Below are positions 9,301-18,463 of a DNA stretch of 64,000 nt, piece by piece (positions within the stretch are counted from its first letter, which is position 1; the number at the start of each line of letters is the position of its first letter). Source of the DNA: Bacteroidota bacterium (lineage in GTDB: Bacteria; Bacteroidota; Bacteroidia; Palsa-948); the NCBI GenBank assembly GCA_016213435.1, contig JACRAL010000098.1, positions 141 to 64,140 of the forward strand, written 5' to 3'. The notes beneath the pieces are model-generated. The model did not search any database. It was not told where the DNA came from and worked only from the letters and a program-made list of their open reading frames with translations. The translations under genes were made by a program, and so were the position numbers.

Positions 9301-11499
9301 ATCCGCTTTGATGCTGAATAGCATTTGATTGATAACATTAAATACTTTGGAGAAATAAGGTTGATTGGAAACACCTGCTTCCGATGTTCCTTCACGTACA
9401 TCCACTCGTTTGCCTTCGGCAACTGCAATGCTGTCTAAATCTTCTATCTCCTCATCCACATGCTTTTTTTGAAAGCCGATAATATCCCGGAGTATATCGG
9501 TAATGTTATCGGCAATGGCTTTGTGTTCCTGCTCTTTATTGTCAAGGGTAATGTAATTGACTTCGATGCCTTCAAAAGAGCGTTCACGCCTTATCATTTG
9601 CCCTTCCTTCACTAACTGACTTGAAAGAACCTCCTGCAATGCAACGCCTCCTTTTGTAATAGCTTCCACTAATTCGTCTTTGGTCATGTTCGCATCGCTC
9701 ATAGCTGTTTTCATGGCATAGACAGGCATGTTATCGGGACGTTTGGCAAAAGTGGCGGAGAGGAATACAACGCCTTTTGTTACCGCTAATACGGACTGTA
9801 AAAATTCCCCTGTATTGCTTGAACCACTTGCATTATGGCTTTCATCCATGATAATTATGTTACCGTCTGCAATAGCTTTTAAGAAGCTCGGCTTTTCAGG
9901 TTTCCTTTCAGGGGAATTGAATTGTGAATAGGTAGCGAGTACAAATTGAAACTTAGCCGGAACTTTTTTGTCTTTGAAAATCCTGTTTTGTTCTGTGGTA
10001 GCCATCGCCTGATAAAGTATGTCGCCATTCTCATCTTTAATATCCGTTTTGCTATCTCTTGAATTGACGATAAAAGGAACAAAGTGGTTGGACCCGATTG
10101 CAGCTAAATCCCGGTAGATGTCGGAAAACAGGTTGGCTTTTTCAGTCAGAAAAATTGGTTTATGTCCCTGTAACACTCCGTAGCGGATGATGGAAGCTGC
10201 AATACGCCCTTTGCCGATACCCGTCTGATCGCCAATAATCATTCCCTGCCCTTTTGCTTCTATGTTATAGATAGCCATTGCCACCGCATCTATTTGTTCG
10301 GCAGAAAGGGATTTGCATAACTCCACGCTTGAACGGTAGCCCAAACGCTGCCTTACAAACTCATCTACATCACCGCCAACAGCTTCTTTTACCAAGCTCG
10401 TTGCTGTGTGTGTTTCAAAGTCCATCGAATCGGGAACTTGTGTATCGAGTACGACACAACTTTCGGAAGCAGGTTGATAAGGAGCATCCAAGCCACCGAG
10501 TAATTGCAGTTCTATCTCTAATGCTTCAGCTTCAATATCAACAGGTAATTTTTTCATGGTATTGTCATTTATATTTTCAATTACTCTTTCATATAAATCC
10601 TCAAAAGTTTTTACAACTACATCATGGTCTTGCTTTTTTGCAGGGGCAGCTCCCTGTGGTGTATTTTTTCTTCCCTCAATTAAAATCAGGCGTACATCAA
10701 AGGCAGTTCCTTGTCTTGAATAAAGTTTTTGTCCGTCAATATTGATAACGTCCGCCACCCAGTAGTGGCTGTACAGGTAATTGAAAAAGAGAATATTTTT
10801 TCCCGCTTGTATTCTGCCTTTCTCGTCCCAATTCGTATGACCGCCAATGATAATGGCTGCCCTGCCATCGTCTTTCATGGTGTCGAGTGTTCGTAAAGCC
10901 ATTAGATGATCCAATACTTTAATGGGATAGGTCTCGTACATCACCGGCTTATCCAATACTCCGAAAGGAGGATTGGTTATAACAGCATCGAATTTTTTCC
11001 GAAAAGAAATAAAGGGCTGTGTGGCATCCTGCTTTAATACTTTTGAAAAATTCTGTGTTTCCAAATTTCCCCTGCGGAAAGTATCTATTTCATTGACGAT
11101 TACATTTTCGGGATGAGCTGCAATGGTCAAAAGTCCGTTGCCGGCAGAGGGTTCAAATACCGAAACACCTTTATCGGCATTTACAAACACTCCTGCTAAA
11201 TATGCGATGGGCGCAGGGGTGCTGTATTGCTGCAAAAGAATACTTTGACTTGTACGATGAGAAAGATTGACTTGATTGGTGTATAAATCAACAATCTTTT
11301 TAAAACGGTCTCTGACCGTTTCAGGCAGGTGAGCGATTGCTCTTGCCCTGTGAACAATGGCAAGCTCGGTGAGTTCCTTTACTTCTGTTTTGCTCGTGAT
11401 TCCGTAGGTAGCCGCAATTTTTTCAATGGACGTTTTATTATGCTTTGTTTTAGCGAGCAATTCATTTTCTATCCTCTCTACAAACAGGAACTTGTCCAT
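6352..11499 (-). CDS. multidomain N6-adenine DNA methyltransferase (gamma-class) / SF2 helicase / RadC-like JAB domain protein; DarB-like anti-restriction candidate
   Basis: N-terminal motif I FEPSAGNGLL then motif IV ITNPPFGV. Helicase motifs IIGDQTGIGKGR (I), IIMDESH (II, DEAH-like) and QKRGRINRTGQ (VI). C-terminal ILCHNHPSGNLKPSEEDKAIT is the RadC/JAB signature. Confidence 0.8.
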   Translation of the reverse strand: MDKFLFVERIENELLAKTKHNKTSIEKIAATYGITSKTEVKELTELAIVHRARAIAHLPETVRDRFKKIVDLYTNQVNLSHRTSQSILLQQYSTPAPIAYLAGVFVNADKGVSVFEPSAGNGLLTIAAHPENVIVNEIDTFRRGNLETQNFSKVLKQDATQPFISFRKKFDAVITNPPFGVLDKPVMYETYPIKVLDHLMALRTLDTMKDDGRAAIIIGGHTNWDEKGRIQAGKNILFFNYLYSHYWVADVINIDGQKLYSRQGTAFDVRLILIEGRKNTPQGAAPAKKQDHDVVVKTFEDLYERVIENINDNTMKKLPVDIEAEALEIELQLLGGLDAPYQPASESCVVLDTQVPDSMDFETHTATSLVKEAVGGDVDEFVRQRLGYRSSVELCKSLSAEQIDAVAMAIYNIEAKGQGMIIGDQTGIGKGRIAASIIRYGVLQGHKPIFLTEKANLFSDIYRDLAAIGSNHFVPFIVNSRDSKTDIKDENGDILYQAMATTEQNRIFKDKKVPAKFQFVLATYSQFNSPERKPEKPSFLKAIADGNIIIMDESHNASGSSNTGEFLQSVLAVTKGVVFLSATFAKRPDNMPVYAMKTAMSDANMTKDELVEAITKGGVALQEVLSSQLVKEGQMIRRERSFEGIEVNYITLDNKEQEHKAIADNITDILRDIIGFQKKHVDEEIEDLDSIAVAEGKRVDVREGTSEAGVSNQPYFSKVFNVINQMLFSIKADAVAQRAIGRLKEGKKPIIAFASTMGSFIEDMEDTNGLPVQNGSVINTDFTEVLQKGLDGILRYTETAPDGSKVYKKFEVSELAPEAQAEFFRISEKIKTVSSGITISPIDVIIHKIQKAGYTVNEVTGRKFEVQINPKNSQGLVVSRKRINTNDAFREFNNNEVDVLMINQSGSTGASAHAIVTSKVPASEVKQRVMIVLQAELNINTEVQKRGRINRTGQILKPIYDYVNSAIPAEKRLMMMLQKKLKSLDANTTSNQKQSTKILDVPDFLNKYGDKMVVEYLKENPEINLILNDPLKLTDTSNEDGDTTEDAAHKVSGRVAVLSTKMQQDFYNEIAERYTDYTEYLKQIGEYDLEVEAMNLEAETISQNIIKVGKGGESEFGDDSVLETVRANVLKKPFTKPELENLIVEGLENKDHLTQQTEIISEYELFVAGKLKQEIQENNKKYAELIKNIPNEKKIQKLQGSPTYEFTIREREKELKAAQEAQNIQSEKTFSNRKEYIIRVLKFFYCGRRVNYPIQSYEGGQELIMSVFLGFVIDKKKKNPYAPSAMKLRLALASSNKYIAIPASYSNDITAIIGASTTIEQPDREDLLSQWDVITKENITDRKIRHIITGNLLQAFADFKGKLVSYTTNSGETQKGILMPDNWQPDENLKGKIIVPIGKALKVIKSIAIGNSIYANNGISFIRQSDNFKIIVPASRQKGGEVYLDEDILDLVDNNLFEKTADKMVATFDVRTIDKIVNLIQEKLSASVTLTQPQFDIIKNEVQKKNIRKLPKIKIIKQSPSAHVSEFELEAAALEIELELLDLNEYAQVAGFGELTPYPMKADQIYGVPENLRRPPKVRMLYAKKKGDKTKITNSKDAAEIFRQLIGSQVTVKEHALMLLLNRANNVMGYFKIAEGGIDATIMDKRLIMSAALNVLASSIILCHNHPSGNLKPSEEDKAITHQIKEAGKVMDISVLDHVIITTDGHFSFADEGII

Positions 11500-11514
11500 T
11501 GATTTTCATTTTTA

Positions 11515-12063
11515 TTAAATTGCAATACTGTCATTAAACAATAGGCTTATTTCCTCCTTATCCCTGTGCCTGATAAAATCCTGCGGAGTGATAAGCGGAA
11601 TGTCTTTGTAGCAATTCAGGTTCAGTGCGTTTGTATAAAACCTTGTAAATTCTGAACATATATCCCGCTTTTCGCTGCCAAGCCCGCTAAAATCAATTTT
11701 CAGTTTTTTGATAATTGCAATGCGAGGCAATAGAAAAAAATCGTACTTCGTTCCGTTGTCTCCACGTTCCAGTGCCTTGTCAATAGCTGTATTTATTTCA
11801 GCTTCGGTTTTTTGGGGAGAGAGTATGCAGAAATCCATATATCCGTTGATGCGATCACTTAAAAAATCGGGCTTCACTCCTTTACGGTTACTGTCAATTA
11901 TCATAAGTCGTTCACCAACTTTGAAAATTACTCCTGCATGATTGTAGTAAGCGGAATCAAAAAACTGTATGGCTTTTGCAAGCAGGTGTTTTCCCCTGAA
12001 CAATGCAATGTCTCCGCTATTTATATAAGGTCTTGCCTGATTGTATTTTTCTTTGATGGTCAT
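11515..12063 (-). CDS. permuted papain-fold (NlpC/P60-superfamily, YiiX/YaeF-like) hydrolase candidate
   Basis: 182 aa. INSGDIALFRG then YYNHAGVIF resembles the Cys-less-order GDIxF / H(V/A)G(I/V) layout of YiiX-type permuted papain amidases. Tentative. Confidence 0.35.
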   Translation of the reverse strand: MTIKEKYNQARPYINSGDIALFRGKHLLAKAIQFFDSAYYNHAGVIFKVGERLMIIDSNRKGVKPDFLSDRINGYMDFCILSPQKTEAEINTAIDKALERGDNGTKYDFFLLPRIAIIKKLKIDFSGLGSEKRDICSEFTRFYTNALNLNCYKDIPLITPQDFIRHRDKEEISLLFNDSIAI

Positions 12064-12080
12064 TGCTTTTATTTTATAGG

Positions 12081-13631
12081 TTATTGAACATTGGCATCTA
12101 CAAGCAGTACACCAACCAGTGTCGTTACGTTGGCATGTTTCGCCCTGTTTGCAAAACCTGTATAGACAATGGCATTGCGTAGAGCTGCTGCAAATAATGA
12201 ATTTGTACCTATGTTGGTTGTTACAATTATGGTTTGATTGAGTATCGGTGTACCTCCGTTAATGACAATGCCATGAGCATTGGCAGTGTTGCTCAGATTT
12301 TTCAACCTGCCTTTTACTTCCACAATACCACCCGACATGGTAACAACTCCTGCATCTTTTGTTATGACCACATCTCCGTTAATTCTTGCCTGTGCTGAAC
12401 TTCCGGTAACGCTGATATTTCCAACGCCTGAAATATTTCCGTAGTAATTCAGGATGCCTGAATTATTATTGATAAGCACCGCTATATCCGCATCATCCTG
12501 TAAGTCCCCATATACATTGACAATGGCAATGGAAGGAAAAATATTTTGCTGTACATGAATGGCTCCCTGCGTTAAATTACCAACGGTGCGTGTTAATTTG
12601 CCATGCACTTCCTGATAACCTCCTGCGCTCCATGTAACAATCCCACTGGCGGAATTGCTGATAATTTCTTTGGCATAGATGATATGCCTGTGCGTAGAAG
12701 ATGTGCCTGTGATAACGGTACACGCTCTGCCCTGTGCAATAATTTTATTCGCCACCACATATAAATTAGTGGTGGGGTCTGTGGACATCACGCCTTCTCC
12801 GGTTGTATTGATTATATCCCCTGCTACCTGCACATTCACTTTGCATCCACCCCCTGCAAAAATTACAGGTTGAGCAAAAGAACTGGAGGTCATAGACCTG
12901 CATTGAAAATTTATCGTACTGTTATTGAACGATACAATCAATACTGCGGAAGTAGATACCATATCCGCAAAACCTGTTACAGTATAGCTGTGTGTTCCTC
13001 CGGGGTCGTTCCAAAATCCATTTACGGTGCCGCCAAAAGGAAAATGATATGTCAATCCGTTTTTACCAAGTTGTCCGGGTTCATTATATGTTCCGGGAAA
13101 CATGACAAGGGCTTCCCCTGCCACTGCAACAACTTGTGCAGCAGTAATAGTTTTGTATTTGAACTCGGTACTGTTCTTTTTTGCGGTCAGGTCATCGCCA
13201 AAAACCGGGTCCACGTAAAGCGCATTGGTTTTTAACCGCAGGTTTACATTGGTAATTCCCCAACTGTTTCCTACCGCTACCTGATCGCCACCGGGATTAT
13301 CGGAGGTGGCATAGACAAAATCCCCGATTTCTACTTCAGCTCCATTTACCCCACCGATTTTCCCTGCCTGTATGATATAATACGCATCTCCTGTTTGTGC
13401 AGCAGGATAATTGGGATTAGCAGAAGCATCGATGCTGCCGATTATTTTCAATACTCCGGCAGGCAGAATCCCTTCGATACTGAGCGTAGAATAATCATAT
13501 TGTTTTTCATTGACCCTGATTATACGGTCAGGATTATTGAGAATCTGTGTGGACAGGGCAGCGAAGAACGCCTTGTTGTCTATGGCTTCCGGTAGGATGC
13601 CTCCTTTGGGTATCATTTGAATTGCTAACAT
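12081..13631 (-). CDS. beta-helix (pectate-lyase-like) fibre/tailspike-like protein
   Basis: 516 aa, extremely G/N/T/V/I-rich with periodic short beta-strand repeats (VNVQVAGDIINTTGEG, GNISVTGSSAQARINGDVVITKDAGVVTMSGG). Confidence 0.45.
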   Translation of the reverse strand: MLAIQMIPKGGILPEAIDNKAFFAALSTQILNNPDRIIRVNEKQYDYSTLSIEGILPAGVLKIIGSIDASANPNYPAAQTGDAYYIIQAGKIGGVNGAEVEIGDFVYATSDNPGGDQVAVGNSWGITNVNLRLKTNALYVDPVFGDDLTAKKNSTEFKYKTITAAQVVAVAGEALVMFPGTYNEPGQLGKNGLTYHFPFGGTVNGFWNDPGGTHSYTVTGFADMVSTSAVLIVSFNNSTINFQCRSMTSSSFAQPVIFAGGGCKVNVQVAGDIINTTGEGVMSTDPTTNLYVVANKIIAQGRACTVITGTSSTHRHIIYAKEIISNSASGIVTWSAGGYQEVHGKLTRTVGNLTQGAIHVQQNIFPSIAIVNVYGDLQDDADIAVLINNNSGILNYYGNISGVGNISVTGSSAQARINGDVVITKDAGVVTMSGGIVEVKGRLKNLSNTANAHGIVINGGTPILNQTIIVTTNIGTNSLFAAALRNAIVYTGFANRAKHANVTTLVGVLLVDANVQ

Positions 13632-13656
13632 GGTTGTATGTGTTTAGAATTAATAA

Positions 13657-14226
13657 TTAGAAAATGTTTTGGATTAAATACTTGATAATGAAAATGAAGG
13701 TGCCGTCTCCATTAGCCGGATTTGCTATTTGAGCGTAGAGTTCTACGCCCGCATTTTCAACAATAACTAAAGGGTTTGTGATGTTTGAGATTCCTGTACA
13801 AATCCTCGAATTAGGCGCTTGAAAAAAGAAGCTGTTGTTAAAAGCGCAAATCTGTTCTGCGGGGCTGGCTCCTGCATATTTTAAATAGGGTCCGAAGCCA
13901 CCTGTATATGGGATAGTGCCGAAGTTGTATTTCCCAATCACATCAGTTACCCTTGCATATTTCCCAACTCCAGGCGGGGGAACAACCAATTTGGGATTTG
14001 AAAACCAAGTTTGAGCATCTGCCGAAGAATGAGGGATGATAACCGTTTGGGGTGTATCGCTGCCTCCCGCAGTTTCAACATCAACGGTGCCGAGTTGAAA
14101 ATGAATGTCGTTAATGATAATCAGGTCATCTACAATGTTGGAGTGTTTTAAGGCGTGATAAAATTTATCCGTATTAACTGCTTCCATTGCAGCTCCGCCT
14201 TTTCGCTTTAGCTTAATTGTTTGCAT
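13657..14226 (-). CDS. hypothetical protein
   Basis: 189-aa ORF packed between the fibre-like and transglycosylase genes. Confidence 0.35.
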   Translation of the reverse strand: MQTIKLKRKGGAAMEAVNTDKFYHALKHSNIVDDLIIINDIHFQLGTVDVETAGGSDTPQTVIIPHSSADAQTWFSNPKLVVPPPGVGKYARVTDVIGKYNFGTIPYTGGFGPYLKYAGASPAEQICAFNNSFFFQAPNSRICTGISNITNPLVIVENAGVELYAQIANPANGDGTFIFIIKYLIQNIF

Positions 14227-14295
14227 AGGGTTAAAAATTATTCTTTAAAAATTTTATTATCTCTTTTCGTTTTGCATACGCAATTCCTGTGAGTG

Positions 14296-14964
14296 TTATG
14301 ATGAGCAATCCTCCGATGATGCCTCCTTTGTGTTGTTTGACGGTGGCAACGACTTTTTTTTTAAGGCAGCTAAAAACTCTTTCGGAATTTTCTTGTAAAC
14401 AAACTCCTTGAACTCGGCTACTGTCATGTGTCCGTCTTTATTCAGGTCAAGGGGATTTTGCTGCACAATCTTTTTAGCATAGTCCATTCCTTTCTCGCTT
14501 CCGATAATGTAATCGTCAGGTTTCCCTACCGATATGGGATAGAAGGTGTACAAATACAAATCCTCAAAACTTTTCAGCTTGCCCTTTGCGGACTGAAAAT
14601 ATTTGAACACATAGTCAAGCTGCTGCACATTGCTCATCTTGAAAAGTTCCTGTGTGGAAGTGCCAAGATTTTTAGCGGTCTTTGGCATGAACTGTATTAA
14701 GCCGGTTGCCCGGTACTTTGACCTTTCATAATCGTTGGTGCTGTCAGGTATTCCTGCGGATTTTACCTGCTTGCCATCACCATCATAACCCGGTGTACTT
14801 GCCTTTTGCTTATTGACTATCTGCGGATTGAATGTTCCCCCTGTTTCGGAGTTCATCACCGCCATAATCCAGTCGGGTTGCACACCCAGGTCGGCAGCAA
14901 TTTTTTTCAGCTTTGTGAAAAATGCCTCTGCATTGAATTTTATTTTGTCCTGAAAGAGTATCAT
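14296..14964 (-). CDS. lytic transglycosylase (SLT-domain) family protein
   Basis: Motif GLIQFMPKTAKNLG with downstream Tyr-rich segment typical of the SLT domain. Start overlaps the stop of the upstream gene. Confidence 0.6.
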   Translation of the reverse strand: MILFQDKIKFNAEAFFTKLKKIAADLGVQPDWIMAVMNSETGGTFNPQIVNKQKASTPGYDGDGKQVKSAGIPDSTNDYERSKYRATGLIQFMPKTAKNLGTSTQELFKMSNVQQLDYVFKYFQSAKGKLKSFEDLYLYTFYPISVGKPDDYIIGSEKGMDYAKKIVQQNPLDLNKDGHMTVAEFKEFVYKKIPKEFLAALKKKSLPPSNNTKEASSEDCSS

Positions 14965-15983
14965 TGGTTCACTGATTTAATAGTTACAAATTGTTTGTCC
15001 ACCCACCTTTTCGTATCGTCTATGGTTAAAAATTTCAGGAGCGTTTTATCTTTGGTTTTAAGTTCCATGATCGGAAAGCCAAGTATCATTTCACTTTCCG
15101 CCCTGCCCACTACATGAAACTTATCATCCATGATGTCTGCCGGTACATGGGTAATGATTTCCTGATGATAGTTCACATAATCCGTCCCGTTGAGGGAAGA
15201 ACTGGCATCGTCATATTGCGCTTTGGTGATGGAGAGAGCAGGATATTTCTTTTCCTTGTACTGGGCTCCGCTGATGGTCTCTACCTGCGAGGCAGCTACC
15301 CATGCGGTATAGCTGTCTTTAATAGTTCCTCCTTTTTTTAATACCTGCACTTCGATAAATAAAACTCCGCTTGGCTCTGCTTTTTCGTCAAAGGATGTTC
15401 TGCCGGTAGCTACACCTATGGCAATGCTTTTATCTACTGTGATGATAATATTGCTCCTGCCGAAAACAAGCAGCTTATCCTTTGTCGGTGAGCCGGTAGC
15501 TCTCGGGGTCTTGCGGATATTTACACTTGCTTTGGAAACTACAATCCGTCCTTTATTAGAATCAACCTTTGATTTACCCGGCTTGCCGGGAGATTTTTCA
15601 GTGAGATTGATGATGTTAAAAAACTTCTGATATTCTTCCGCAGATAAATCATCCTTTAAATCTTCCGTCAGATTGGTGTTGTATAGGTTTCTGTATGCTT
15701 TGGTAACAGCGTCCCAATCCGTGATTTCTTTTGCAGTTTCAAAAATTGTTTTCTCATCTGTTCCGGCTCCCTCCATTGCAGTTCTGAATTTTATTGCCTG
15801 TTGCGTTGAAGGATCGTCCCCTGCTTTCTTTTCCTGCTGGTTTGTCCTCCATTGGTTATAGAATTTCTTACCGCCCCATAAAAGCAATAACAAAAGTCCT
15901 CCCTTAACAGCATAATCAATGATGGTATCTTTCTTATGCTCCGGGATAAAAAACACATTGGGTTGTTTTTCTTTTACAGCCAT
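14961..15983 (-). CDS. membrane-anchored protein with annexin-like repeat (AMEGAGTDEKTIFE)
   Basis: N-terminal TM. IKFRTAMEGAGTDEKTIFETAKEIT...AVTKAYRNLYNTNLTEDLKDDLS fits the annexin endonexin fold signature GxGTDE. Confidence 0.35.
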   Translation of the reverse strand: MAVKEKQPNVFFIPEHKKDTIIDYAVKGGLLLLLLWGGKKFYNQWRTNQQEKKAGDDPSTQQAIKFRTAMEGAGTDEKTIFETAKEITDWDAVTKAYRNLYNTNLTEDLKDDLSAEEYQKFFNIINLTEKSPGKPGKSKVDSNKGRIVVSKASVNIRKTPRATGSPTKDKLLVFGRSNIIITVDKSIAIGVATGRTSFDEKAEPSGVLFIEVQVLKKGGTIKDSYTAWVAASQVETISGAQYKEKKYPALSITKAQYDDASSSLNGTDYVNYHQEIITHVPADIMDDKFHVVGRAESEMILGFPIMELKTKDKTLLKFLTIDDTKRWVDKQFVTIKSVNQ

Positions 15984-16147
15984 TTCTTAGCAGTTTGAAT
16001 GAGTCCCGGTTTTTCTTTCACCTTTTTAGCAAACAATAAAAGGTCTTCATGCGACATGGATTTTTTCAGATCAATCATTGCCTGTATTGCTTCCCTTGCT
16101 TTTTCACTCGTGGGAGCATCAATCTTTACATTGAATGTGAACTCCAT
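15974..16147 (-). CDS. small hypothetical protein (about 57 aa), not in the ORF track (below 60 aa)
   Basis: ORF MEFTFNVKIDAPTSEKAREAIQAMIDLKKSMSHEDLLLFAKKVKEKPGLIQTAKKWL fills the only gap in the gene array. Its stop overlaps the next start (ATGGCTGTAA). Confidence 0.3.
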   Translation of the reverse strand: MEFTFNVKIDAPTSEKAREAIQAMIDLKKSMSHEDLLLFAKKVKEKPGLIQTAKKWL

Positions 16148-16149
16148 TT

Positions 16150-17295
16150 TCAATTTTCTTTTTTGGTTTCTTCCGGTTTATTCTGATTGACAAATTGCAG
16201 GACTTTATCAGCCAGTTCATTGTTGAGCATCCCCGAAACAGGGTCTTGCATCATACAGTCAATCGTAAAGAGTTTTCGGAACTCATCCACTTTCACCTGC
16301 TTAAAAAATTGGATGAGGTCTTTTATCCCCTGTGCGTGTTTCGGGTCTAATCCTGCAAGATCACCGGCAGAACTACTTTCGCTGAAACTGCTATTGTCAG
16401 AAGATTTCCCATTTTCAATTTTCTTTTGCTCGCCTTCCCAAATCTTTTTTATTTCCTCATCGGTAAGCCCAAGTCCGATTTTCATTAGCTTGGGATTGTT
16501 CTTTAAAATATTTTCTCCTGCTTGCATCAGCACTCTGCCCAGTACCATTTCACCAAAGGGCTGTTCTTTTTCTTCGTTCAATCCTTCCAGATGTCCTTCG
16601 TACTCGTTTAACTCCCCTTCCATTTCCTCAATGATTTCATCCCTTTCTTTTATGGCAGCTTGCATTTCGTTGATTTCGTTTTGCTGCTGAAGTTTCAGCT
16701 CTTTGATTTCAGAGCTATGTTCCTGCGCTTTGAGCTTGGCATCAAAATCCCTTCGCATCAATTCCAGTTCATAGCTATTGGGATTGAGCGTGCTGCGTAT
16801 TTTTTCAATAGAGCTTTCAAAGTTTTCAGGGCTTCCCAGCTCGTCCAGGGTTTCCTTTGTCTCCGAAGGATTGGTAACGAGGTAAATGTCTTTGGAGTAA
16901 ACAGCACCCGATTTTTTCATTTTGCCTTTGTAGATTTCTACTTTAATGGCATCGGGGTCTCTCGATTCTAAAATCTTCGCAAGGTCTTTTATAAAAGGAT
17001 CACGCCCCGGTTTGGGGATGTAGGGTGTTTGTTCCCAACGTCCGTCTTTGCAGTAATGAGAAATTACCCCGCACTCCGGGCGGTAAACAAAAATCTTTTT
17101 CCCTTCCTTTGGGCTTTCTTCCGTAGAAACAGGTTCCGTTTTTTTCTTTTGTATTTCCTTGTTCTTCTGCTTTGCTTCCTTTTCGGATTCGTCCAGACGA
17201 ACTGCTATTTCCTCTACTTCGGGATGCTTCTTAAAAAAATCGTGTGGCTTGAATTTCATTTTTATAATTATTAGTTCGTATTTGTTGGCTGACAA
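16150..17295 (-). CDS. hypothetical Lys/Glu-rich coiled-coil protein
   Basis: 381 aa with long charged heptad-like stretches. No catalytic motif. Confidence 0.4.
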   Translation of the reverse strand: MSANKYELIIIKMKFKPHDFFKKHPEVEEIAVRLDESEKEAKQKNKEIQKKKTEPVSTEESPKEGKKIFVYRPECGVISHYCKDGRWEQTPYIPKPGRDPFIKDLAKILESRDPDAIKVEIYKGKMKKSGAVYSKDIYLVTNPSETKETLDELGSPENFESSIEKIRSTLNPNSYELELMRRDFDAKLKAQEHSSEIKELKLQQQNEINEMQAAIKERDEIIEEMEGELNEYEGHLEGLNEEKEQPFGEMVLGRVLMQAGENILKNNPKLMKIGLGLTDEEIKKIWEGEQKKIENGKSSDNSSFSESSSAGDLAGLDPKHAQGIKDLIQFFKQVKVDEFRKLFTIDCMMQDPVSGMLNNELADKVLQFVNQNKPEETKKEN

Positions 17296-17612
17296 AAAAG
17301 TTCCGGGACAACTTTCATAAACTGAATATCTATGGGTGCTGCCGGCTGACTTATTTCTATAAGCCCTGAAAATTCCTGTATGCTGTAATAAGTGAAGTCA
17401 GGAAAATTAGCTGCCTCGTTGAATATGTTGGTATCGGATGCTATCACTAAGCCCACAGGAACAGTTTTGCTTATCAGATAATAGTATTCGTTGTATGCTT
17501 CTACCATTGCTTTGCTCGCATTGATAAAAATTCTCACCGGCTCGAAATGAAATGTTTTATATCCCATTTCACTGAGGCGTTGAGTGATGTATGCTATTAA
17601 AAAGTCATCCAT
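17271..17612 (-). CDS. hypothetical protein
   Basis: 113-aa ORF. Confidence 0.35.
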   Translation of the reverse strand: MDDFLIAYITQRLSEMGYKTFHFEPVRIFINASKAMVEAYNEYYYLISKTVPVGLVIASDTNIFNEAANFPDFTYYSIQEFSGLIEISQPAAPIDIQFMKVVPELFCQPTNTN

Positions 17613-18114
17613 TGTTGATTTTGTTATCCGTTGTGTTTGTCGTGCAGTCCAAATAAATCCGAATTTTATAAGGAAATGATACTGCCGATGCTAAGTCCTC
17701 GTAATAGCCCTGTACGTATGAACCTGCTTCAATTTCTTCCTCCAGCTTCAGTGTTTCGTATTTCCTTCGGAGAAAATCCAATGGTTTTGATTCCACGATG
17801 TAATTAAGCGGTTGGGACTTTCGGTTATTGATAAACAAGCTCACTCTGCCCAGCACATAATTTTTTGCACTGCTGCCTTCCACGTTGCCGGAAAAAATAA
17901 ATCCTTTACAGCGTTTTATGTTGGCAGGGAGTTTGTATGTGATTTTCTTCACACTGCCTGAAGCAATGTTGTCAATCAGGATAAGCCCCCATTTTTTACG
18001 CTCATGCTTTTGCATCGTCCTGCCTGTTTTCAAGTCGTAAATAAATTCTCGCATTATAAGGATAGGCGGTAGCATTGCCCGCATCCTGAAAACTTCCTGA
18101 TACAGTTGAACCAT
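17605..18114 (-). CDS. hypothetical protein (true start probably the internal Met near 18015)
   Basis: 169-aa ORF. Overlaps the upstream ORF by 113 nt unless an internal start is used. Confidence 0.35.
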   Translation of the reverse strand: MVQLYQEVFRMRAMLPPILIMREFIYDLKTGRTMQKHERKKWGLILIDNIASGSVKKITYKLPANIKRCKGFIFSGNVEGSSAKNYVLGRVSLFINNRKSQPLNYIVESKPLDFLRRKYETLKLEEEIEAGSYVQGYYEDLASAVSFPYKIRIYLDCTTNTTDNKINNG

Positions 18115-18388
18115 CGGCTCGCTCCTCTATGTCATCATAGAAGCGTTTGTTAGGAGAAACTTCCTGCCCAGTTTGAATGAGTTTTACCTCAAATCCATCG
18201 GGGAATATTTCGTTGGAATCAATCTCGAATTTTGTAAAGACAGCATCTTTCAGGGCTGCTGTATCCGTGCCGGAATACTGTAACCCGGTAACTTTCTTGT
18301 ATGCTTTGTCTGTTTCCGCACTGATAGGAAAGTTTCCTGCCCCGGTTATGGTCAGCTTAATAATCTGATATTTAATTGGTCTCCGCAT
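18002..18388 (-). CDS. hypothetical protein
   Basis: 128-aa ORF. Confidence 0.35.
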   Translation of the reverse strand: MRRPIKYQIIKLTITGAGNFPISAETDKAYKKVTGLQYSGTDTAALKDAVFTKFEIDSNEIFPDGFEVKLIQTGQEVSPNKRFYDDIEERADGSTVSGSFQDAGNATAYPYNARIYLRLENRQDDAKA

Positions 18389-18463
18389 TGGCTTTATGTT
18401 AAAAGGTTAATGAACAAAACGTAGGGGCTTCTCATTTTGTGATCCACCCCTTCGTTTGTATTC

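Noticed and set aside
6352-11499. Interpretation as a single-chain Type ISP or Type IIG restriction-modification enzyme
   Set aside because: Domain order is MTase-helicase-RadC, not nuclease-helicase-MTase-TRD. No PD-(D/E)xK/Mrr motif or target-recognition domain was recognised. The RadC tail and phage-like context fit anti-restriction better.
3745-11499. BREX or DISARM defence locus
   Set aside because: No PglZ, BrxC, BrxL, DrmB (DUF1998) or PLD-family genes are present. Only the MTases and the helicase fusion are.
12081-13631. Specific enzymatic call (pectate lyase/polysaccharide depolymerase) for the beta-helix protein
   Set aside because: Only compositional and beta-strand periodicity evidence; no catalytic residues identifiable without profile alignment.
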